Assembly (NCBI RefSeq): GCF_006345805.1
Contig: NW_021836011.1
Location: 1 to 25,674 of the forward strand
DNA: 25,674 nucleotides
DNA from: Octopus sinensis
Lineage: Eukaryota
Reading direction: 5' to 3'
The translations under genes were made by a program, and so were the position numbers. Shown here piece after piece: positions 1 through 10,139 of this stretch (within the stretch, counting starts at the first letter, position 1; the number at the start of each line of letters is the position of its first letter). The notes below the pieces were generated by a model that worked only from the letters and a program-made list of their open reading frames with translations, was not told the DNA's origin and made no database searches.

Positions 1-77
1 TTTAAATATAAACTCAGTGAACGCGATACTTTTCGGTTGATGGAACAACTGAATCCTCGTGGTCGAAAGACGGAGAT

Positions 78-135
78 CCACCACCACTACCACCACCACC
101 ACCACCATCACCACCACCACCACCACCATCATCAT
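78..135. repeat. (CAC)n/(CAT)n trinucleotide microsatellite
   Basis: Directly visible; it explains the poly-His and poly-Gly ORFs at 14-252. Confidence 0.95.
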
Positions 136-449
136 AAACACTTATTGTGTTACAGTTCATGTAAAATGTATTACGGGTACACATATACGGGTGCAGCTTC
201 ATCTGCTCTAGCTTACATGTTGCTTCATGTTACATGTGTACTATTTATATGATAGCAGTCGTCTGCGTTTAGGGCCAACTGCTCTTCGCGCTAGCAAAAC
301 GCTTCCTTTGTTTTCGTTGGGGATGGCACGGCGCCTGAGCAAAACCAAAAGATAAAGAAATATTGTATGAGATACCCTGTGCGATAAATGTGTGTGTTGG
401 CCTTATATATGTTGTAGCTAAGAAAATAACAATAGGTAAGATTCAAGAA

Positions 450-1037
450 GGCGGCGAGCTGGCAGAAACGTTAGCACGCTGGGCGAAATGCTTAGAGGTA
501 TTTCGTCTGTCGTTACGTTCTGAGTTCAAATTCCGCCGAGTTCGACTTTGCCTTTCATCCTTTCAGGGTTGATTAATTAAGCACCAGTTACGCACTGGAG
601 TCGATGTAATCGACTTAATCCGTCTGTCTGTCTGTTCTTGTTTGTCCTCTCTGTGTTTAGCCCCTTGTGGGTAGTAAAGAAATAGGTATTTCGTCTGCCG
701 CTACGTTCTGAGTTCAATTTCCGCCGAGGTCGACTTTGCCTTTTATCCTTTCGGGGTCGATTAATTAAGTACCGGTTACGCACTGGGGTCGATATAATCG
801 ACTTAATCCATCTGTCTGTCCTTGTTTGTCCCCTCTGTGTTTAGCCCCTTGTGGGTAGTAAAGAAATAGGTATTTCGTCTGCCGCTACGTTCTGAGTTCA
901 AATTCCGCCGAAGTCGACTTTGTCTTTCAGTCTTTCGGGGTCGATAAATTAAGTACCAGTTACGTACTGAGGTCGATCTAATCGACTGGCCCCCTCCTTC
1001 AAAATTTCGGGTCTTTTGCCTAAAGTAGAAAAGAATA
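450..1037 (+). mobile_element. tRNA-derived SINE family S2, tandem trimer (head + tail-A unit, tail-A unit, tail-B unit)
   Basis: A-box-like TGGCAGAAACG and B-box-like GAGTTCAAATTCC. Units restart at GGTATTTCG at 497, 685 and 869. Flanked by AATA(G/A)GTAAGATTCAAG at 431-447 and 1034-1050 (TSD, 16/17 identical). Confidence 0.9.
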
Positions 1038-1098
1038 AGTAAGATTCAAGCCTAAAATCGGGGTCGTTTAATTCACAGTTCTGGGTGTGTGTGTGTGT

Positions 1099-1468
1099 TT
1101 CTTTATTTTAGCAGCCATATGACTGCGGCCATGCTGGGGTACTGACTCGAGAAATATTAACTCCAACGAATCAACCCAAGTGCTTATTATTTTTTTTTAA
1201 AGCCTAGTACTTATTCTATCGGTGGGTTTTGTCGAGCCGCTAGTCTACGGGGACGTAAACACACCAACACCCGTTGTCAAGAGGTGATGACACACACATA
1301 CACGACGGGCTTCTTTTAGTTTCCGTCTACCAAATCCACTCACAAGGCTTTGGCTAGCCTGAGGCTATAGCAAAAGACACTTGCCCAAAATACCACGCAG
1401 TGGGACTGAACCTAGAACTATGTGAATGGGAAGCAAACTTCTTACCACACGGCCACTCCAACGCCTAT
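1099..1468 (-). mobile_element. SINE family S1 (tRNA head, CORE-like TTGGGCAAGTG segment), diverged
   Basis: Reverse-complement match to the S1 copies at 9093 and 21052, with head, central segment and GCATGGCCGCAGTC tail. Confidence 0.9.
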
Positions 1469-1854
1469 GTGGAAGCACTCCGTCGGTTACGACGATGAGG
1501 GTTCCGGTTGATCCGAATCAACGGAACAGCCTGCTCGTGAAATTAACGTGTAAGTGGCTGAGCACTCCACAGACACGTGCACCCTTAACGTAGTTCTCGG
1601 GGATATTCAGCGTGACACAGAGAGTGACAAGGCCGGCCCCTTGAAATACAGGTACAACAGAAACAGGAAGTAAGAGTGAGAGAAAGTTGTGGTGAAAGAG
1701 TACAGCAGGGATCACCACCATCCCCTGCCGGAGCCTTGTGGAGCTTTAGGTGTTTTCGCTCAATAAACACTCACAACGCCCGGTCTGGGAATCGAAACCG
1801 CGATCCTAAGACCGCGAGTCCACTGCCCTAACCACTGGGCCATTGCGCCTCCAC
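1469..1854 (-). mobile_element. tRNA-derived SINE family S3, full length, long tail ending GTAACCGACGGAGTGCTTCCAC
   Basis: A box TGGCCCAGTGG and B box GGTTTCGATTCC. 14-bp TSD ACTCCAACGCCTAT at 1455-1468 and 1855-1868. Head matches the copy at 21961. Confidence 0.92.
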
Positions 1855-1994
1855 ACTCCAACGCCTATATATACACACACTCTCATGCGTACGTACACAC
1901 TCGCTCTCTTCGCTGAGAAGAGGTAGAACCAATGCTACACGAAGCGGTTTATCCAAGACTAGCCTGACAGTGATCCTCATAGTATCTGGCTGTC

Positions 1995-2268
1995 GTTTCA
2001 GTTATCAAACTGCGGCCATGCTGGAGCACCACATTGAAGCACCTTAGTCGAACGAATCGACCGCAAAACTGTTTTTTTTTCTTTTTAATCAGGTACATAT
2101 TCTTTCTCTTTTGCCGAACTGCTAAGTTACGGGTAACACCAGTTGTGAAGCGATAGTGACACACACACACACACACGACGGGGTTTTTTCCAGCTTCCAT
2201 CTACCAAATTCCATTCACAAGGTTTTGGTCGACTCGCAGCTACAGTAGAAGATACCTGGCCAAGGTGT
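1995..2268 (-). mobile_element. SINE S1, head-truncated and diverged
   Basis: Matches the S1 tail and central segment; internal (CA)n. Confidence 0.85.
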
Positions 2269-2270
2269 CG

Positions 2271-2480
2271 ACACACACATTGTGCAAACACATATGCCCA
2301 CACACATACATTCACATATATATACATTGACATACACACCTGTTCACACACACACGTTCACATACACACACGTTCATACAAAGTTCACACACATTCACAC
2401 GCACACATTCATGCACGCACACATGCACACACGCATACGCACAGGTATACGCATGCATGCACGCTCACACACGCATACAT
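2271..2480. repeat. Degenerate (CA)n-rich simple repeat
   Basis: Directly visible. Confidence 0.9.
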
Positions 2481-2649
2481 GCCTTCACGGGCAACAGGTC
2501 TTCCTCCAACACGACCATTCGTGTGAGTATGTGTGTAAAGCAGGTAGTTTCACACATAAGTTGGCATGACCAAATTAGTAAGTGGGGCCATGAACACTCG
2601 CCACTCACTGTGGAAGCTCGACGCATCTCTCTCTCTCTCTTTATATATA

Positions 2650-2684
<35 letters not shown>

Positions 2685-2687
<3 letters not shown>

Positions 2688-2879
2688 TTTTATTTCAGTC
2701 ATTTGACTGCGGCCATGCTGGAGCACTTTCTTTAGTCGAACAAATTGGCCGCAGGACTTATTCTTTGTGAACCTAGTACTTATTCTATCGGTGATTTTGC
2801 CGAACCGCTTAGTTACGGGGACGTAAACACACCAGCATCGGTTGTCAAGCGATGGCGGGAGGACAAACACACACACACA

Positions 2880-2917
<38 letters not shown>

Positions 2918-2960
2918 CGACAGGCTTCTTTTAGTTTCCGAGGCTATAGGAGAAGACACA
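2685..2960 (-). mobile_element. SINE S1, truncated with internal deletion, internal (CA)n(TA)n
   Basis: S1 tail motifs; the central segment jumps from TTTCC to GAGGCTATAG. Confidence 0.85.
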
Positions 2961-3114
2961 TGATGGGTATGCCTAGGGCTAAACTACACCAAAAGACTCT
3001 ATGCCAAAGTGAACCCGACGGGTTAATTAATATTTGTCTTCATCCATATTTTCCTATTCTGATATTAAATAATTGTACCAGTTATTAATAGACAAAGAAA
3101 AAAATGCTCAGCGC

Positions 3115-3251
3115 GAAGTGACGGAATCGGTGGAGCGCCGGTGTCACTTAGATAATTCCCACAATGCTCTCTGTAGGCGGTTTAAAATTTGCTTTTCTTC
3201 CCGCTGGATTTAGTAAAATAATTATTACCATTAATATAATGACGTCAGCTG
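3115..3251. promoter_or_regulatory. Candidate promoter or enhancer motif cluster
   Basis: Unique, CpG-containing stretch with GAAGTGACG (3115-3123), TTCCCACAATGC resembling a ZNF143/Staf site core (3156-3167), a perfect CRE TGACGTCA (3240-3247) and an overlapping E-box CAGCTG (3246-3251). Motif evidence only. Confidence 0.3.
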
Positions 3252-3442
3252 GTGCCATTTCTTGATAAAATATGGCTGTGTGCCAAATATCTATGAGCAT
3301 CCAAGATCGCATGTCCTTTACCGCTTTTGAAATTGATCAACAATAGATAGAAGCAACGGCTCGAGGTCCAGTGTTCGAATATAGGTCGATCAATATTAAG
3401 AGATCTGAAAAACACACACACATACACACACACACATACACA

Positions 3443-3475
<33 letters not shown>

Positions 3476-3488
3476 CATTCTCTCGCTC

Positions 3489-3869
3489 TCTCTTATTTTA
3501 CTTTGTCATTTGACTGCGGCCATGTTGGAGCACCACCTTTAGTCGAACGAATCGACCCCAGGGCTTATTCTTTGTAAGCCTAGTACTTATTCTAACGGTT
3601 TATTTTACCGAACCGCTAGGTTACGGGGACGTAAACACACCAACATCGGTTGTCAAGCAATGGTGGGGTACAACCACAGACACATAATACACACACACAC
3701 GCACACACATGACGGACGTCTTTCAGTTTCCGTCTACCAAATCCACTCACAAGGCTTTGGTCGGCCCGAGGCTATAGTAGAAGACACTTGCCCAGAGTGC
3801 CACGCCGTGAGACTGAACCCAGAACCATGTAGTTGGGAAACAGGCTTCTTACCACACAACCACGCCTAT
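3489..3869 (-). mobile_element. SINE S1, near full length
   Basis: Head-to-tail reverse-complement match to 21052-21447. Confidence 0.93.
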
Positions 3870-3970
3870 ATTATCGGAACTGGGAACAACAAACGGCAGC
3901 TCCGGCCTTTGGAACGGAGTATTCTTTGTTAGAAATGGAAGTATCTTTGAATACTATAACTGCATCTTCA

Positions 3971-4180
3971 GGCGACGAGCTGGCAGAATCGTTAGCATGC
4001 CGGACAAAGTGCATAGCAACATTTCATCCGTCTTTCTGAGTTCAAATTCCGCTGAGGTCGACCTTGCCGTTCTTAATTTTGGGGTCGATAAAATAAGTAC
4101 TACTAGAGTACAGGGGTCGATGTGATCGACTGACCCCAGCCCCGAAAATTTCAGGCCTTCTGCCTACAGTGGAAAGGATC
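3971..4180 (+). mobile_element. SINE S2 monomer, tail B
   Basis: GGCGACGAGCTGGCAGAA head, GAGTTCAAATTCC B box, tail ...GGCCTTCTGCCTACAGTGGAAAGGAT. Confidence 0.88.
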
Positions 4181-4412
4181 TTATACCTTCGCTTTTGTGG
4201 GTTTTCTTTTGCAGTGAATTCTTAAGTCACGCGGTTGGAAACGAAGCATTTTATGGAGTTCTTGAGTCTATCTTTAAGGAGGCTTTTCTGGCTTTGGTGA
4301 AAGTACTTGCTATCTTTCTGTCAATGCGCTATGAAACAACTTTTGGGGTTGCCTCTAACCTGGATCCTGAAAATCTTGATATATCAAACTCTCACGTGAT
4401 TCTGAGAACTTT

Positions 4413-4544
4413 CGGTTTATGGTCGAGTCTGTGGCAGTGGAGACCTCCGGCGTTCTCGGCCCCCGGACCACATCCCTGTTCACCGCTATCGGGGCGGAGA
4501 TGGCTATCCGCAAGTGCAAGTACTGGTTGTCACAAAAGTATTAA
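4413..4544 (+). pseudogene. Fragment of a CRE/NeSL-like non-LTR retrotransposon C-terminal (RLE) region
   Basis: Translates RFMVESVAVETSGVLGPRTTSLFTAIGAEMAIRKCKYWLSQK, resembling the F.P.AVET.G..G....L..IG...WL.QR motif of CRE-type ORFs. By-eye recognition. Confidence 0.55.
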
Positions 4545-4598
4545 AGTACATAAAGAATGTATATATGTACTTTAATACTTTTGTGATAACCAGTACTT
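4518..4598. other. 35-bp-stem hairpin (inverted repeat), 11-nt loop
   Basis: 4518-4552 is the reverse complement of 4564-4598 at 34/35 positions; the exception is a G:U pair on the + strand. Confidence 0.95.
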
Positions 4599-4761
4599 AA
4601 CACAACAAAAAGCTTATACAAAGCATTTACATTTTACTTTTGACAATCTATTTTCCAAAAAAGTGATACCGGTCAAGTGAATAAACATCTTTAAAATTGC
4701 ATTTTCAAACCTTCTTTCATAAATATTTCCACTCGTGCGATACCTTACAACTTCACTTTGT

Positions 4762-4798
<37 letters not shown>

Positions 4799-5259
4799 AG
4801 ACAAAAGACAGCCAGACAGAGGAACTATGTCGGAGTACAAGATTGCTGATGATATCGAATTACAACGACAGACAGACAGACACACACACACACACGCACA
4901 TAGCGAGCGAGCGAGAGGCTAAATTCCATATAAACACGTGTTGTAAATCTAGAGCAATCAGTATGTTTTGGCAAAGAGAATGTTTTGGTATTTGTCAAGT
5001 GTGTCGCATATTCAAACCATGCACACGTTTCTCTTGTAGATTTATTTACCTTTGGCGTCTTTTAATGGTAGTATCCTATTTTAGTATATTTATTCGGCCA
5101 GTCATCTGTCGAAGGAGGTTTCTATTTCCGCTTATCGCTCAATTTATAATGTCTTTTCACGCGTGCCCTGTCTGTAGTCTAGTCATCTGCTTGACTCGGC
5201 TTTAGTAATTGCCGTATGCTTCGGTTTATATCAGATTGTTAATAGATACTTTACTTATT

Positions 5260-6450
5260 TACCTATCAACATAACTGCCTACCTACACACCAACCTATTT
5301 ATTACCTACATACCTACCAACTTACCTACCTACATTCATACATATCGTCTTATCTACTTACATAGCTACTTATCTACCTACCTATTCACGTCGCTCGCTC
5401 TCTTCCTCTCTCTCTCTCTCTCTCCATATACAACCACAATCATACATGTATACATACTCATATAGACACATAAGTATGCACATCCCTACATTCATAGACA
5501 CACAAATATTTTATACACACATAAATACATAATTGCATACGTCATACACACGTATTTGCAAACACACACGTATATGCAAACATACGCGTATATGCAACAC
5601 ACGTATATGCACACACACACACACACGCATATATGCAGATACACACACACGCGTATATACAGACAGGCATACGCTTATATACACACACACACACACACAT
5701 GCATATATACAAACACGCGTATATACAAACACACGCGTATATACACATACACGCGCATGCCTATATATACACACACAACACATGTATGCCTATATAATAT
5801 ATATACACACATACACGCATACATACATACTTGCCCACATACATACACACCTGCATATATATATATATATACGCATATGTAAGTCTCATACATATGCACA
5901 CTCGTATATCTTTCATACATAAACACACTCATACATAAACACATACAAACACACATTCATAAACGCACGCACACATACAAACACACGTGCACATACATAA
6001 ACACACACAGAAACGCGCGCACACAGAAACACGTGCACACATACACGCACACACACATACACGCTCACACACATACACGCTCACACACATACACGCTCAC
6101 ACACATACACGCTCGCACGCATACATAAACGCACGCATACATAAACGCACGCATACATAAACGCACGCATACATAAACGCACGCATACATAAACGCACGC
6201 ATACATAAACGCACGCATACATAAACGCACGCATACATAAACGCACGCATACATAAACGCACGCATACATAAACGCACACATACATAAACGCACACATAC
6301 ATAAACGCACACATACATAAACGCACACATACATGGAAACCCACACATACATAAACGCATATATACACAAACACTATATACACAAACACATACATAAACA
6401 CATATACATAAACTCACATACACAAACACACACACACAAACACACACATT
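5260..6450. repeat. Compound low-complexity tract: (TACC)n, (CT)n, (CA)n, (TA)n, CGCA/TACA variants
   Basis: Directly visible; source of the many HT/CV-rich ORFs. Confidence 0.95.
6045..6334. repeat. 16-bp minisatellite with ordered variants
   Basis: About 4 x ACGCTCACACACATAC, then 10 x GCACGCATACATAAAC (6115-6274), then about 4 x GCACACATACATAAAC. Confidence 0.92.
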
Positions 6451-6683
6451 CATACTTAAAACATGGCGACCGTAGTTGTCAGCTGAATATTCGGACGTGT
6501 GTAATTACTACGTCTATGAAAGCAACAGGCCATATAATGGCTGAGCTGCACAGAGAAAGTCGATGAGATTAAATAAGAGTGTTTTTCTATAGGAATCTTT
6601 ACATAACATATGCTGCGACTAACATTCGCACGTATACTACACAGACTCTCTCTCTCTCTCTCTCTCTATCTCCACGTATTGCT

Positions 6684-6924
6684 CGGGTGACTAAGTGTAC
6701 GAACATCCAGGTACATCTATACTATAAACGTTTGTAGAATTTGAAACAATATTAAAAAAAAGTATAGATCTCATGTTGGGAATAAGTTTAAATTAAATCG
6801 TGACTAAGATTTGATGGAACTTTTAAAGAATATCATCGTTTACTTAAAATTAAATATAAATTCACAAAGAGTAGAGGAGAATAAATCCATCATGGCTGAA
6901 GTGTGTCGTCTGCTTCATCCCAGT
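6684..6924 (+). repeat. 241-bp segment duplicated at 10637-10876
   Basis: Same-orientation copy, CGGGTGACTAAG...CATCCCAGT, with only a handful of differences. Confidence 0.95.
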
Positions 6925-6933
6925 AAAGATGAA

Positions 6934-7415
6934 AGCATGGCTGCGTGGATTAAGAAATTCGCTTTGTAACCACGTGGTTTCGGTTTCGCTCCCATGGGCA
7001 AATGTCTTCTACACTATAACTCCGGATCGACCAATGTCTTGTGAGTCTGTCTACCTGCGTGTCTGTCTTAATTCGTATCTGTCTGTCTGTCAGTCTACGG
7101 GCTTGTCTGTCTATGTCTCTGTTTATCTATATTTGTGTTTTTTGCCTGCCTGCCTGTCTGTCTGTCTACCTACCTCTCTGTCCGTCCATCTGTCTGGCTG
7201 GTTGTCTGTCTGCGCGCATATGTTTGTGTTTACCTCATTACTTGCCGAGCGGTATTGGTTTGTTTACGTCCCCGTAGCTAACCGTTTCATAAATAATGCA
7301 AAAAAAAAAATAATAACTTCGTGGTGTCGCTTCGATGGATTAAACCGTTCAAAACGATGTCCCAGCATGGCCACGGACCAATGTCTGAAGCAAGAAACGG
7401 AAAAAAGGAGGGAAA
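6934..7415 (+). mobile_element. SINE S1, old and diverged, internal (TCTG)n-like tract
   Basis: GCATGGCTGCGTGG head, GGGCAAATGTCTTC central segment, CCAGCATGGCCAC tail. Confidence 0.8.
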
Positions 7416-7937
7416 GAGGAACCACACAACAGAGCGGAATCACCATTATAACAAAAAGTTATGCGAGGCAGAATTACAAACTGGTTTTATGCAAAGACTG
7501 AACGCGCTGTAGAGTTGTGGGGCGGGATGGGGGAGGGAGAGGCGAATATGAAACACCAAGAACTCGGCTTAAATCCCAAACACCTTAACGAACAAACAGG
7601 TGAAATAATTATCAAATGTAAACTGATTCCTTTAAGTGAATCATCCGATTCAACATAGATAAATATTCTTAGCGTAATTGAAACGCCAAATTGCGAAAAC
7701 ATGCTGCTACAATAATAACTTCAGCGACGTAAAGCTTAACGGTAGAATTTCTGAAGCTAGCTGATGGGTACATACATCAGATGTGTTCTCTTATGGTCAA
7801 CGTCAGACCATTTGAAGTTCGGACACTGAATGGACGAACAAATATAGTAAAATAGGCACCATTCCTCAACCTGTTTTCCACGACTGGATGTAGTATATGA
7901 GATAATGGGAAGGTATTACTTAAAATATACCCAGTCA

Positions 7938-8335
7938 TCTCTCTCTCTATATATATAAAGCTGAAGTTGTCTGTGTATGGCAGGTTTGGTAGCCTTCAAC
8001 TAACACTATCTCCTCCGAGACCCTACGGCGCAAGTTGAGCAAAATTGAGAGTATGATAGAAGAAGGCTTGCTCTTCCTTCGGTAGAAGAAAAAATTCAAA
8101 TTGGACCATATAAACACCAAAAATTATTAACATCAAAAAGGTGCTTTTTTTCCATGAAAATCCCTATTTTTTACGATTTTTTGACTGCTGTGTCGCCATT
8201 TTTCGGTGTATTTCAACCAGAAAAATGTTCACTTAAAGAGAATAACAAGCTACATAATGCAAAATTTTTACTTTTCAAAAATTCTAATTCTAAAGGGTCG
8301 AAACAAACCCGAGCAACGCCGGACGATACTGCTAG
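7938..8335 (+). mobile_element. Non-autonomous Helitron, about 398 bp
   Basis: 5' TC start (TCTCTC...TATATATAAAGCTG), subterminal imperfect hairpin CCCGAGCAACGCCGGA (8308-8323), 3' CTAG end, inserted between A (7937) and T (8336) with no TSD. Confidence 0.88.
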
Positions 8336-8679
8336 TAGGGTATAAACGGCTGCATGTGTTGAGGGATGAATTTTACCAGCTTCATGGCTAAGGGTCGGGG
8401 ACGGATAGCAGACACAACGAACGAGTTGTCTGTATAATCTCTCCTGGAAGAACAGGGTCGGAAGGAACAAATTCTAATTTTGTGTTTGATTCTTCTAGTC
8501 CTCATTCCTTCCTAGGCATCCACAAGCCGTGAGTGTTTATACTCGGAGTTTTTTCTTGTTCTTGTGGCCTTCCAAGGCTTCTGAATCTAATCCATCCGCT
8601 CACCCAGTTATACTACGCGGTGGAGCTGTGGATACAATAAATGTTCTCCCTCCACACGCTGGATACTAGATTATGAAAT

Positions 8680-8981
8680 ATTTCTTTATTGCCCACTAGG
8701 GGCCGACAAAGATGGGGACAACACAGCCTGATTTGGGGTCAGCTGTTCGATATGTAATTACAATAAAAATGAAGTTAAAAATGAAAGCATATATAAACGA
8801 ATGGTTATACATTACAAAAGGACAATAGAAATGGAGCGGTGTTTGGGTTCAGCCCCGACCCCACGAGCCCCAGTTCTCCACTGGTACTTTCCTGACACTT
8901 TATAGCATATTCACGAGATTCCAATCACTCGAAACACTCGTGCTACACACTTCCATCTTTTCGTTGAACACCACCACCGCT
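8680..8981 (-). mobile_element. 5'-truncated L1/Tx1-like LINE 3' end (ORF2 tip plus 3' UTR)
   Basis: Perfect 14-bp TSD CTAGATTATGAAAT at 8666-8679 and 8982-8995. Minus strand encodes KRWKCVARVFRVIG, similar to ERWVNCARMSSING in the 24452 element. Ends CCCCTAGTGGGCAATAAAGAAAT. Confidence 0.8.
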
Positions 8982-9092
8982 CTAGATTATGAAATCTAAC
9001 ACAAATAATACATTCACAGCAAGAAACGTATTAAGCAGAAATTAGAAAAATTGTTTAAAAAAAAAAGTACAAAAAAAAAATGAACTAAACTA

Positions 9093-9266
9093 ATAGATGC
9101 AGGAGTGGCTGTGTGGTAAGTAGCTTGCTAACCAACCACATGGTTCCGGGTTCAGTCCCGCTGCGTGGCATCTTGGGCAAGTGTCTTCTGCTATAGCCTC
9201 GGGCCGACCAAAGCCTTGTGAGTGGATTTGGCAAACGGAAACTGAAAGAAGCCTGTCGTATATATG

Positions 9267-9297
<31 letters not shown>

Positions 9298-9508
9298 TTG
9301 TGTATGTATGTTTGTCCCCCTAGCATTGCTTGACAACCGATGCTGGTGTGTTTACGTCCCTGTCACTTAGCGGTTCGGCAAAAAGAGACCGATAGAATAA
9401 GTACTGGGCTTACAAAGAATAAGTCCCGGGGTCGATTTGCTCGATTAAAGGCGGTGCTCCAGCATGGCCGCAGTCAAATGACTGAAACAAGTAAAAGAGT
9501 AAAGAGTA
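9093..9508 (+). mobile_element. SINE S1, full length, near consensus
   Basis: A-box-like TGGCTGTGTGG, B-box-like GGTTCAGTCCC, internal (TA)n(TG)n, tail ...AAGTAAAAGAGTAAAGAGTA. Confidence 0.95.
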
Positions 9509-9718
9509 AACTACTTGAACGGAAACGAGGATTTGCAGCTAAAACTAAAAGCTTAAACTATACAGTGTGGTCCAAAAGTCACACGCAAAATAAGTTCAGT
9601 ACGCTCCGAAATTGTCGAAGACATGCTTCAGTTTTTTCAGAATTGAATAAAATAATGAAATAATGATGAATACACACGTACTTGTACATAACAAAATAAA
9701 ATAAATAATAGAAAACAT

Positions 9719-9997
9719 AATTTTGTGTTTTGGGAGAGTCGTTATGCCAATATTAACACACGCACTGGTTCAATTCCACTTCTTTGCTATTAGTCAATTG
9801 GTTAAATACTAATTAATCGGTTGTTTGTTTAATTTGGTTAAACAGTAAGTCATTTATGTTGGTTTTTGTTTGTCGAAGCTTTTTAGTTGCTACTTGCAAC
9901 CTTTTCAATGACTTTTGAATTAGTCCGCTACTAATAATAAATTGAACCAGTGCGTATGTTAATATTGGCGTAATGGCTCTCCCAAGACAACAAAATT
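9719..9997. mobile_element. MITE-like element with about 57-bp imperfect terminal inverted repeats
   Basis: 9719-9775 (AATTTTGTGTTTTGGGAGAG...GCACTGGTTCAATT) is the approximate reverse complement of 9940-9997. AT-rich non-coding interior; TSD not clear, so the superfamily is unassigned. Confidence 0.8.
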
Positions 9998-10139
9998 TGA
10001 TTGAAGACACAAATTCACATAAATAATCTTGCAGATAGAAAAACGAGGTAAAAATAATAATAACGCAATATAAAATGTCAAATGTTTAGGTGCTTGACTT
10101 AGGGCCCACCCTGTAAATCTAGATACTTAAGCACCAAGT

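Noticed and set aside
14-252. Poly-Gly and poly-His ORFs
   Set aside because: Explained by the (CAC)n repeat; no convincing splice sites or domain.
450-1037. Regularly spaced repeats suggestive of a CRISPR-like array
   Set aside because: Units are about 185-bp SINE bodies with no unique spacers, in a eukaryotic context with no cas genes.
1780-1854. tRNA-like sequence (also at 21961 and in the S1/S2 heads)
   Set aside because: It continues into a SINE body and tail bounded by a TSD, so it is a SINE head rather than a tRNA gene.
4195-4575. 126-aa ORF with a good-looking acceptor at 4213
   Set aside because: No recognisable protein. It runs across a retroelement fragment that reads in another frame and into the hairpin, and no matching donor was found.
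4735-6566. Long HT/CV/YI-rich ORFs
   Set aside because: Translations of dinucleotide and 16-bp repeats.
6929-7501. 190-aa ORF
   Set aside because: Read-through of an old S1 SINE and its (TCTG)n tract.
9085-9100. Possible TAAACTA TSD around the 9093 S1 copy
   Set aside because: Only 7 bp in A-rich sequence and overlapping the tail repeat; not distinguishable from chance.
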